From Candidatus Omnitrophota bacterium (lineage in GTDB: Bacteria; Omnitrophota; Gorgyraeia; Duberdicusellales; 4484-171): a DNA stretch of 64,000 nucleotides. Every line of letters begins with the position of its first letter. Positions within the stretch are counted from its first letter, which is position 1. The notes under the pieces were generated by a model that was not told the DNA's origin, ran no database searches, and saw nothing but the letters and a program-made list of their open reading frames with translations. A program made the translations under genes and the position numbers. This document shows positions 20,086-28,529 of the stretch, one piece after another. The stretch is taken from positions 16,022-80,021 of the forward strand of contig JAAEQW010000327.1 in NCBI GenBank assembly GCA_024231025.1. Reading direction: 5' to 3'.

Positions 20086-21341
20086 TATTTTCCCTCCCAA
20101 TTCTTAAAGATCAAACTGGAGTGTATTCCTGAAAATCCACTACTGGTTTTTAGTATGTATTTTGGTTTTTTCTCAATCGCCTTATTCGGAATATAGTTTA
20201 AATCACACTTAGGATCTGGTTCTTTTTGATTAATTGTCGGAGGCAACACTCCTTTTTTAAAAGCCATTGCGCACAAGACACCCTCAACCGCATTAGCCGC
20301 AGCTAGTGGGTGTCCGACCATTGACTTAATTGAACTTATTGGAATTTCATAAGCATAATCACCAAACACTGCCTTATAAGCGTTAGTCTCAAAAACATCA
20401 TTTTGACGAGTTGAACTTCCGTGCGCGTTGATATAATCTATTTCTTGCTTTTCGACTTTTGCATCAGCAAAAGATGCCTCAATTGCCTTTACCATTGCAT
20501 CACCTTCGGGAGGAAGGTCGGTCATATGATAAGCGTTGCAACTTGTTCCATATCCCATAATTTCAAAATAGATATCTGCTCCTCTTTTTCTCGCATGCTC
20601 CAGCTCTTCCAAAATTAGTATTCCGCACCCCTCAGACACAACAAATCCACTTCGCCGATTATCAAAAGGGCAACTAGCTTCACCAGGGGAATCATTGTTT
20701 TTTGCTAAGGCATTAATAACATCGAACGCACCAAAGGTAATCGGCGTAATTGGCGCCTCACTTGCACCAGCGACAATAACATCTTGGCGACCATCGCGTA
20801 TTAGTTCATAACTAAATCCGATTGAATCACTTCCCGCAGTGCAACCGGTAGAAACTGTTGTGTTAAGTCCTTTTAAATTGTAAATTGCAGCAATCTCGGC
20901 AGAAGGAGTGTTAAACATCGCAGCATCATAAAGATAATGGCGCCCTTTTCTTGGATCGATAGGATTTTTACCCCAATCAGTAACAAGCAAAAATTCTTCT
21001 TCCATGTAGCGTGTCCCGCAAATCGCATTCGCTAAAATTACACCGCTACGAAAAAGATCAATTTTAGATAGATCTAAGTTGCTATCTTCAATGGCTCCTT
21101 TTGCCGCAGCAATAGCAAACTGAACATATCTGTCCATGCGATCAGGGTTTTTTATACCAAAATTTTGTGGATCAAAATTTAAATCTTGCGAAGCAATTTT
21201 GGAATTAAATAAGCTTACATCAAAGTTATTTACCTTTTCCACGCAGGGCTTTCCATCGATAAGATTTTGATAAAAAGTATTTTTATCTTCACCGGCCGCT
21301 GAAATTATACCGATACCTGTTACAACAACACGTCTTTTCAT
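20085..21341 (-). CDS. Ketosynthase KS-alpha of a type II PKS
   Basis: VSTGCTAG active-site Cys, NAHGSSTRQND and KSMVGH motifs. Confidence 0.9.
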   Translation of the reverse strand: MKRRVVVTGIGIISAAGEDKNTFYQNLIDGKPCVEKVNNFDVSLFNSKIASQDLNFDPQNFGIKNPDRMDRYVQFAIAAAKGAIEDSNLDLSKIDLFRSGVILANAICGTRYMEEEFLLVTDWGKNPIDPRKGRHYLYDAAMFNTPSAEIAAIYNLKGLNTTVSTGCTAGSDSIGFSYELIRDGRQDVIVAGASEAPITPITFGAFDVINALAKNNDSPGEASCPFDNRRSGFVVSEGCGILILEELEHARKRGADIYFEIMGYGTSCNAYHMTDLPPEGDAMVKAIEASFADAKVEKQEIDYINAHGSSTRQNDVFETNAYKAVFGDYAYEIPISSIKSMVGHPLAAANAVEGVLCAMAFKKGVLPPTINQKEPDPKCDLNYIPNKAIEKKPKYILKTSSGFSGIHSSLIFKNWEGK

Positions 21342-21946
21342 TCTTGCTCCTTTTGGCTGTCTATTCTTTTTATTTTAAACTTTATAAAGCCTCCATCTGG
21401 ACAGGCAGTTTGTGTTTTACACTTTGGATCCTGCTCAAATGAAAATGTCGCGTCAAAATTCAAAGCAAATAAAACAGGGAATATCGCGCTATAGGCTGCA
21501 CCACAAAATCCGTCTGGGGTTTTTAATCCCGTAAGTTCCCACTTATCCCCCTGCTTATAGTTAAAAAAACATTTGCCGCTTACTTCCTCAACCTCAACCT
21601 CTAATTTTTTAGGATTAGGGGCACTTGGTTTTTCTAATTGTGGCTTGTTGATAACTTGGTCATTGTCGTCTAAAACCTCTATTTTACAGAGCAACTTTCC
21701 TCCATCGGGACAAGCTGTTGTAATTGATTTTGTATTTTTCATAAATTTAAATTCGCCGCCGAAGGTTAAAGCATAAAAACATGGAAAAGCTACTTTTGTA
21801 AGACCGGCACAAAAATGTTTTGGCGGATGAGTAAAATCATCTAAAATAAATTCGCTACCAACCTCATAACCATGGTAACAATAACCCTTTTTCTCAAGCA
21901 CGGTTACCTTTAATTTGGGAAATTTAGTTTTTTGCATATTGTCCAT
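21338..21946 (-). CDS. TIGR04076-like Cys-rich protein with two tandem domains
   Basis: Two copies of C..GY/NY..G...FC.(G/A)...F...FAL.F...CPDGG. Confidence 0.65.
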   Translation of the reverse strand: MDNMQKTKFPKLKVTVLEKKGYCYHGYEVGSEFILDDFTHPPKHFCAGLTKVAFPCFYALTFGGEFKFMKNTKSITTACPDGGKLLCKIEVLDDNDQVINKPQLEKPSAPNPKKLEVEVEEVSGKCFFNYKQGDKWELTGLKTPDGFCGAAYSAIFPVLFALNFDATFSFEQDPKCKTQTACPDGGFIKFKIKRIDSQKEQE

Positions 21947-21957
21947 TTTTACCTTCC

Positions 21958-22959
21958 TTATCGTGTTTGGTCATAAATTGCATCAATCAACTCTTCCTTT
22001 GAAAGAAAATCCCCTCCTTGTTCGATCTGATGCACCAGTCTTACTATTTTTGTATTCAATGGCGCCTCTATGTGCTCCTCACCTGCAAGGCGTACGATTT
22101 CACCATTTATATAGTCAATCTCTGATTTTTTACCTCGCTTTATGCTTTGCAGTATTGACCCATAAAGCGGTTCCTCACCCAATGTGCTCATGACTTTAGA
22201 AAACAAGACGGCAGCAGTTTCGATTTGCATGGAAACCAACCCCTCCAACTTTTCCTTAGGGTATGTCGGCAAGCTTTCTAAAATAATTTTACTTTTCCGG
22301 ATAGCAACAAAGGCTTCTCGATTAAGTTCGATCGCTAATTTTGCTATATCCAAATCTGAAAATACTTCCTGCATTGGCTTCCCTAACACAGCCGAAATAC
22401 AATTGTTTAAATTAACAAACAGCTTTAAGTATTTGGCGCCTCTTATATTATTTAAGGTAATCGCGTTAAATGCCCCACCAATACTTTTTGCAACATATTT
22501 TGCTTTTTCCATTGATCCATTAAAAATATTACCGACGATTAAATCACCTTTAAAATTATGAACAATTTTATTCGGCGGATAATACGTGCCGGCAAACATA
22601 ACGATTCCGGTAACAATGTTCTCTTTAGGAAAATATTTATTTAAAATATAGTCGGCCTTTACACCATTCTGCGTTGAAACAATCGTCGCTTCTTTTAAAA
22701 ACTCCACATTTTCCTTAATCAGCGGCTCTAGATCATCTATCTTTGTTGCAAATATTGCGATATCAACTTTTTTTTCCAATTTAACGGCCGCATTAACCTT
22801 TACTTTTTTAGCACCGGCTGCACCATCAATGAGTAATCCTTCTCTATCTAAGGCTTGTTTTTGGTAATCTTTTACAATACCAACAACATCGCAGCTCTCA
22901 GAAAGATACCCTAAAAATAATCCGCCAATGGCGCCACAACCTAAAACTGCTATCTTCAT
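21958..22959 (-). CDS. Ketopantoate reductase (PanE/ApbA) family oxidoreductase
   Basis: GCGAIG, QNG, KL..N..N and S..QS....KKSEIDYING motifs. Confidence 0.85.
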   Translation of the reverse strand: MKIAVLGCGAIGGLFLGYLSESCDVVGIVKDYQKQALDREGLLIDGAAGAKKVKVNAAVKLEKKVDIAIFATKIDDLEPLIKENVEFLKEATIVSTQNGVKADYILNKYFPKENIVTGIVMFAGTYYPPNKIVHNFKGDLIVGNIFNGSMEKAKYVAKSIGGAFNAITLNNIRGAKYLKLFVNLNNCISAVLGKPMQEVFSDLDIAKLAIELNREAFVAIRKSKIILESLPTYPKEKLEGLVSMQIETAAVLFSKVMSTLGEEPLYGSILQSIKRGKKSEIDYINGEIVRLAGEEHIEAPLNTKIVRLVHQIEQGGDFLSKEELIDAIYDQTR

Positions 22960-23007
22960 TTTGTTAAATTATCCTTATGCCCTACTAAGCCTTTAGGCCT
23001 ACAGGGT

Positions 23008-23460
23008 TTACCTTGCTGAAGCTTGTTTTTTCTCTAGATATTTCTTTAACATTTCCAAAATTAAATCAACATTTTCTATATGTTTCTTTTTTCCAATGAT
23101 ATTCCACATCATCTGATTAAAAAACCCTTTTGGACGACAATCAAAACTATAAACAAGTTGCGTAAACTTGCCCCTGTTTAAATGCATTTCCTCAAACCCA
23201 TCAAAAGCGCCTTTATAAAAAATTCTTTTTAAATAAAACCTGCTCTCATCAATCACTTCATTTTTTGCTTTCCATCTTGGGCCAAAAGGAGTAGTCACAA
23301 TATATGAATAGGTTGCCTCCTCAACAGCAGACTCATCCAAATTACAAATACGCATAATGCTTTCGCTAGGCCACCATTCACTGCTGCCCCAAGAAAGCAT
23401 TTGATTAAAAATATCTTTAGGATTAGCATCGACCATAACGCTTTGTGTGATTCTACTCAT
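23008..23460 (-). CDS. SRPBCC/START-like protein (possible additional cyclase)
   Basis: ITQSVMVDANPKDIF...WWP N-terminus; 150 aa; located in the PKS cluster. Confidence 0.6.
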   Translation of the reverse strand: MSRITQSVMVDANPKDIFNQMLSWGSSEWWPSESIMRICNLDESAVEEATYSYIVTTPFGPRWKAKNEVIDESRFYLKRIFYKGAFDGFEEMHLNRGKFTQLVYSFDCRPKGFFNQMMWNIIGKKKHIENVDLILEMLKKYLEKKQASAR

Positions 23461-23713
23461 TTATATGCTCCTTATAATCAATTTTTAGATGATCGAGCAG
23501 GCGCACCATCATATCCTTAAAAGCCGGTGGCACCTCTTTAAAAAACGCTTTGATTAAATCAACCTTTTCAACTACTTCTGCGTTACGTGCGCGCGCCAGA
23601 TCTTCTGCCGACCCTTTAACTAAGCTTTGCGCAATGCTACGGTGAAATTGCGGAAGATTGCTGGTTATTTTTTCAAAAAGTTCTTTAGCCTCTTTTTCCC
23701 ACTCTATTGACAT
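23453..23713 (-). CDS. PCP_red/DUF2621-like small helical protein
   Basis: W..EA..F......LP.FHR.IA...AE.LAR; homologous to the C-terminus of the radical SAM protein at 13571-15298. Confidence 0.7.
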   Translation of the reverse strand: MSIEWEKEAKELFEKITSNLPQFHRSIAQSLVKGSAEDLARARNAEVVEKVDLIKAFFKEVPPAFKDMMVRLLDHLKIDYKEHINE

Positions 23714-23715
23714 AC

Positions 23716-24471
23716 TTACTCCTTATTGTTTGCCATTGAAGCCCCACCAATTAAATCAAACGCCCCTTTGATCATTTTTGCTTCTGATTCAAAAAATTTA
23801 TAATCAGTAAATCCAAGCTTTCCGGTAATCAGATTGTCGGAAACAGATAAAATCGCTGCCACTTTTTTCTTATAAAGATTAGCCACCGTAACAAACGGAC
23901 TGGTTACCATGTCTACCGCAATCGACCCTTTATCAATGTAAGAATTAACGATCTCTTTTGTTTCTCGAAAGATTGCATCGGTTGTCCATATTCCACCACG
24001 ATGAGTCGGACTAATATTTTTAAAATGTGCCTCTAGCTTATCGGTTAGCTCTTTATCTATATAAGAGGTAAAATCATCATCAACATAATACTTAGTTGCC
24101 CCATCACCGCGCTGCACTGAATCAGCAATAATGAAATCACCGATTTCGATATCTTCGCGTAAAGCTCCACATGAACCAATACGGATTAAAGTTTCAATTC
24201 CCCCAACACATAAAAGTTCAGTAGCAAGAGCTGAGTCAGGAGCATAAAAACCCCCGTTACCAACAGTCACCTTCTTTCCTTTATAGTTGCCGCTCCAAAA
24301 AGTGTATCCCAAAAAAGTAAAATTTTTCACGGGATTTTCCAATTTTTGAAGGCACATTTTCGCACGATGAGGCTGACCACTAATTATACCCACCTCACCA
24401 AAATCACCCGGGTGAAATTGTAAAGAATCCAATAAATCCTGCGGTTTCATGTGAACATCTTTTTGCATCAT
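23716..24471 (-). CDS. Purine/uridine nucleoside phosphorylase family
   Basis: LIRIGSCG, RGDG, WTTDAIFRET, AVDM and SVSD motifs; likely start is the ATG at 24471 after GAGGAG. Confidence 0.85.
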   Translation of the reverse strand: MMQKDVHMKPQDLLDSLQFHPGDFGEVGIISGQPHRAKMCLQKLENPVKNFTFLGYTFWSGNYKGKKVTVGNGGFYAPDSALATELLCVGGIETLIRIGSCGALREDIEIGDFIIADSVQRGDGATKYYVDDDFTSYIDKELTDKLEAHFKNISPTHRGGIWTTDAIFRETKEIVNSYIDKGSIAVDMVTSPFVTVANLYKKKVAAILSVSDNLITGKLGFTDYKFFESEAKMIKGAFDLIGGASMANNKE

Positions 24472-24521
24472 TGATTTGCTCCTCTTTAAAAGACCAAAGA
24501 TCGTAATCTCCAACTTTTCAA

Positions 24522-24560
24522 TCTATGGTCTATGGTCTATGGTCTATGGTCTATGGTCTA
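24522..24560. repeat. Heptamer tandem repeat (TCTATGG)x5.5
   Basis: Perfect tandem array overlapping the stop of the acyl-CoA ligase gene. Confidence 0.85.
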
Positions 24561-26040
24561 ACTCGCTTTTGTCAATTTTGCCGACTCTGTTTTTTGGTAA
24601 TTGGCTCACAAATTCAAAGTAATGCGGAATCTTAAAGTGCGCCAGGTGTTGCTTTAAAAATTCTTTTAGCTCGACCTCCTCTAAGCTTTCTCCTTTCTTA
24701 ATTACGATAAAAGCTTTAGGAACCTCACCGCGTAATTTATCGAACACACCAATAACCGCCGTTTCTTCAACTTTTGTGTGGCGTTGTATTTTTTCTTCTA
24801 CTTCAAATGAAAAAACAATCTCACCGGCAACTTTGATCATTTCTTTTATCCGACCAATTATATAATAAAGTCCGTCTTGATCACGTCGGGCAATGTCGCC
24901 GGTTTTAAGCCACCCATCTTCGGTTAGTGTCTCTTTTGTTAATACCGAATTTTTATAATAGCCGACCATAACCCCCTCGCCTTTAATTAAAAGCTCCCCT
25001 TGATCGACAAGATTTCCTTCATCGTCAATAAGTTTTGCTTCAGTATTAAAATCAAATTTACCAATACTATTAATTTTTGATATATCTTGAGGCGAAAAAG
25101 CATTCGGGGCCGCTGTTTCAGTCATTCCCCAACCATTAAGTAATTTTGCTTCTGGAGAAAGCTCTTGAAACTTTTTTAATAACACCGGCGAAGAAGGCGC
25201 GCCAAAAACAACCGCATAGCGTAATGATGAAAAATTAAATCGTGCTGCATCTTTTAAAGAAAGAATTGCAATAAACATTGCCGGCACAATACAAAATATA
25301 GAAACCTTATGTTTTTCAATGTTTTTTATGAATTCAAAAGGATTAAAGCGCGTTGTTAAAACAAGTGTTGTCGCGAAATTCAACATAAAAAGAATGTAAT
25401 CTAATCCTCCCAAATGCGAAAAAGGCACTCCCGCACACATAAACACATCTTGATCAGTTACTTCTAGAAAATGATTAACATTTTTAACCGGATTATCAAG
25501 ATGACTATAGTTTAGCATTACTCCTTTTGGCTGGCCGGTAGAGCCAGATGTATAAAAAATAGACGATAAGCTATCTTCTTTAATATCGACATCTGGAGCA
25601 TCGGAACTGGCTTGGCAAACTTGCTGCCAAGAAGTAAACTCCGCAAGTTCTTGATCTGGCTGCCCACAAACTACTATTTCTTTTAAATTCGGACACTTTT
25701 GTTTTATGCTATTTAAATCAATTCCCTTTTTAGGAAAAACGATTAAGATTTTTGCTTCGCTGTGATTAATAATATGGATCATTTCACTCTCGGTGAGCAT
25801 AAAATCTACCGGAACGGCACAAGCTCCTTTGCTAAAAACACCGAGCAGAGAAAAAACTGCTTCAGGAATATTTGGAAGATAAACCGCAATCTTCTCGCCA
25901 ACACTGACTGAAAGATGGTTGGCAACCCTAAAAGATGCCTCTTTCAGCTGTAAATACGTGATGGTCCGATCTTCAAAAAGAATTGCGCTCTTTTTGGGGT
26001 AGTTTTCGGCCTGTTTGACTAATAATTCCTTGATATTCAT
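24544..26040 (-). CDS. AMP-dependent acyl-CoA synthetase/ligase
   Basis: YTSGSTGQPKG, GWGMTET, KTGD, GRIKEMI and LPKN..GK motifs. Confidence 0.9.
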   Translation of the reverse strand: MNIKELLVKQAENYPKKSAILFEDRTITYLQLKEASFRVANHLSVSVGEKIAVYLPNIPEAVFSLLGVFSKGACAVPVDFMLTESEMIHIINHSEAKILIVFPKKGIDLNSIKQKCPNLKEIVVCGQPDQELAEFTSWQQVCQASSDAPDVDIKEDSLSSIFYTSGSTGQPKGVMLNYSHLDNPVKNVNHFLEVTDQDVFMCAGVPFSHLGGLDYILFMLNFATTLVLTTRFNPFEFIKNIEKHKVSIFCIVPAMFIAILSLKDAARFNFSSLRYAVVFGAPSSPVLLKKFQELSPEAKLLNGWGMTETAAPNAFSPQDISKINSIGKFDFNTEAKLIDDEGNLVDQGELLIKGEGVMVGYYKNSVLTKETLTEDGWLKTGDIARRDQDGLYYIIGRIKEMIKVAGEIVFSFEVEEKIQRHTKVEETAVIGVFDKLRGEVPKAFIVIKKGESLEEVELKEFLKQHLAHFKIPHYFEFVSQLPKNRVGKIDKSELDHRP

Positions 26041-26051
26041 AGTTAAATTTT

Positions 26052-26088
26052 AATAGTAAAATTTTACTATTTCTGCCAAAATAGTCAA
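26052..26088 (-). promoter_or_regulatory. Promoter of the PKS cluster with a 20-bp palindromic operator over the -10
   Basis: Minus-strand TTGACT (26083-26088), 16 bp spacer, TAAAAT (26061-26066); perfect palindrome AATAGTAAAATTTTACTATT at 26052-26071. Confidence 0.55.
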
Positions 26089-26187
26089 GCTTTTTATCCA
26101 TCACAAAAGGGGTCAGGTCTTTCTTGTTTCACATTAAAATTACAAATAACAATAAATAGTCTCAAAAACCAAAACGGGTTTTATTTT

Positions 26188-26395
26188 GCAGAAAATAGAG
26201 AGTAAACGCATAATAAGAAGCTTTTACTCTTGTTTTATGCGAGGGAAATAGCGATGTTTATATCAGCGCGTAACGTAGGCCTGAAGCGAAGCCAGGCCAG
26301 GTGATTTTCCGCAGCAGAAAATATAGCGTAAAAGCTTCGACTTCCGGGACTTGCGACTTTTACTCTTGTTCTATGCGAGGGAAATAGTGAGTAAA
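26188..26395. repeat. Intergenic cluster of direct and inverted repeats (MITE/REP-like)
   Basis: 31-bp direct repeat at 26221-26251 and 26357-26387 (1 mismatch); inverted repeat GAAGCTTTTAC (26217) / GTAAAAGCTTC (26328). Confidence 0.6.
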
Positions 26396-26405
26396 GGCGC
26401 ATGGG

Positions 26406-27563
26406 TTAACTATTGTGAGGTGTTTTGCTTAAAAAAGTGAGGCACTCCATGTGGTGGGTATGCGGGAAAAAATCAAAAGGCTCTATAAAATCAGGCTTGT
26501 AACTACTTTTCAAACCTTTTAAATCAGTAAAAAGCGTAGTCGGATTACAAGATGAGTAAATAATTCTTTTAGGATTAAGGCGCAATATCGCCCTGATAAT
26601 CTTTGGGTTAAGGCCGCAACGTGGCGGATTTATAATCAAAAGGTCAACATCTCTATAAAAAGTGCCTTGTGTATTAAGAAAGCGCCGCGCGTCCTCAGCA
26701 AAAAAAGAAATATTCTTTATATTGTTTTTTTTAGCATTGATAAAAGCAGCATCAACAATTTGTTTGTGTATTTCAACTCCCCAAACAAACTTCGCCGCTT
26801 CTGCTAAAAATATTCCGATTGTCCCAACGCCACAAAACAAATCTAATACTCGTTCTTTTCCGGTTAATGACGCATATTCTTTAACTTTTCTGTAAAGTTG
26901 CGTAATTCCAACCGGGTTTACCTGAAAAAAAGAATCAATCCCAATATTAAAGGTAAACCCGTCCAGCGTCTCTTCAATATACTCATCTCCCCAAAGCAAT
27001 TCTTTTTTCTCAAAAACAACCGCATCGGACCATGAATCGTTGGTAATCAGATAAATTGATTTAAGTTTAGCTTTTAAGTTTAATGCTGTCAAAACTTTAA
27101 CAAACTCATCTCTGTGAAAATCAACTTTACTCGTTGCAACAACTCCAACCATAAGTTGCCCGCTAAATTTAGCTTCTCTTACAATTAAGTTACGCAAAAA
27201 TCCTTGGTATGTGTATTTATTATATGCGGTATATTTTTTTTCTTTGCAAAACTTAAGAATCGCACCGAGGATAATTTCGGTATCCGGCGAAAAAATTAAA
27301 CATTCCTCAATATTAAAAACTTTTTTCTTTTTTAGCCGGCTATACATTCCACAAACAAGGTCTTCTTCGTTTGAAAAAGTAAACTCCATTTTGTTGCGGT
27401 AAAAATATTCTTGATAATGGTTGATTGGACGCAATTCAGTATCAATGTTGCCCTCAGAAATAAGATCTTTTATGCGTTGCTCTTTACCTTTAAGCTGTGT
27501 TACATAAGGCATGTCTTGAGTTTTACAGCTTCCACATTCACCAAAGTGTTTACAAGTTTTCAC
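26406..27563 (-). CDS. rlmD: 23S rRNA (uracil-5)-methyltransferase RlmD/TrmA family
   Basis: C.HFGECGSC Fe-S motif, YRNKMEF, SFFQVN, LDLFCGVG, PPR.G, YSSCNP and FPHT.H.E motifs. Confidence 0.85.
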   Translation of the reverse strand: MKTCKHFGECGSCKTQDMPYVTQLKGKEQRIKDLISEGNIDTELRPINHYQEYFYRNKMEFTFSNEEDLVCGMYSRLKKKKVFNIEECLIFSPDTEIILGAILKFCKEKKYTAYNKYTYQGFLRNLIVREAKFSGQLMVGVVATSKVDFHRDEFVKVLTALNLKAKLKSIYLITNDSWSDAVVFEKKELLWGDEYIEETLDGFTFNIGIDSFFQVNPVGITQLYRKVKEYASLTGKERVLDLFCGVGTIGIFLAEAAKFVWGVEIHKQIVDAAFINAKKNNIKNISFFAEDARRFLNTQGTFYRDVDLLIINPPRCGLNPKIIRAILRLNPKRIIYSSCNPTTLFTDLKGLKSSYKPDFIEPFDFFPHTHHMECLTFLSKTPHNS

Positions 27564-28490
27564 CTACATCCACCAATATCCTAATTCTTTTAAAATCCTT
27601 GGTTTTTGCTGCCAGTCTTCTAAAACTTTAACCCATAATTTCAGAAACACTTTGTTGCCCAAAATTTCTTCTAAATCCAAACGTGCTTGCTTGCCTGCTT
27701 CTTTTAGCCCCTCACCATTTTTACCAATAATGATTTTTCGTTGTGAAGAACGATTCACATAAATGGTTACAGCAATGTCGGTTATCTTTTGCCCTTGAGT
27801 GGTTTGGCGCTCTGCCATTTCTCCAACCTCAACCGCAATTGAATGAGGCAGCTCGCGCTTCAATTGAAGAAAAAGCTTTTCTCTTACTACATCAGCAATA
27901 CGAAATTTTATTGGAAAATCTGTTTTACTTTCTGGATCATAAAATGGTGGATGAACCGGTAAATTATCAACAATTATATCACGCAATGTATCAATATTTT
28001 TACCGGTTTTAGCTGATAGTGGCATATAAACAATAAGGAAATCTTTGCCTTTTTTTGCCTCAATGTGTGTTTTCCAAAAGTCGATATAGTCATTTAAATA
28101 GCGAGAACCTAAATCCATCTTGTTTAGGGCCATAACTACTTTGGTTTCTTGTCTTAATAGAATATCGATTATTCTCTTTTCTTCATCGCCAACCCTGCGA
28201 GAAACATCAGCAACATATATAATTAAATCACACCCGTCCAAAGACCTAGCCGCAATCGTATTAAGATGCTTTGCTAAGCTATCTTTAAAAGAATGCACTC
28301 CCGGAGTATCTAAAAATACAATTTGTGCGCCCTCAACATTTAAAATTCCTCTTATTTGATGACGTGTGGTTTGAGGAATCGGCGAAACAATGCTGATTTT
28401 GTTACCGACTAAAGCATTAAGAACGGTCGACTTACCAACATTAGGTCGCCCCAAAATAGCTACAAACCCACATTTAAACTCTTCTTTCAT
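27564..28490 (-). CDS. era: GTPase Era
   Basis: GRPNVGKS, PQTTR, DTPG, NKMD and a KH domain (IIIGKNG). Confidence 0.95.
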   Translation of the reverse strand: MKEEFKCGFVAILGRPNVGKSTVLNALVGNKISIVSPIPQTTRHQIRGILNVEGAQIVFLDTPGVHSFKDSLAKHLNTIAARSLDGCDLIIYVADVSRRVGDEEKRIIDILLRQETKVVMALNKMDLGSRYLNDYIDFWKTHIEAKKGKDFLIVYMPLSAKTGKNIDTLRDIIVDNLPVHPPFYDPESKTDFPIKFRIADVVREKLFLQLKRELPHSIAVEVGEMAERQTTQGQKITDIAVTIYVNRSSQRKIIIGKNGEGLKEAGKQARLDLEEILGNKVFLKLWVKVLEDWQQKPRILKELGYWWM

Positions 28491-28529
28491 AGGCAATTAT
28501 TCTACACTAAACTTTATAATTGTAAAACG

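Noticed and set aside
18853-21341. Ordinary fatty-acid FabF pair, or the second KS as a pseudogene
   Set aside because: The Cys-less partner is full length, has CLF-type motifs, is translationally coupled, and sits next to ACP and aromatase/cyclase genes.
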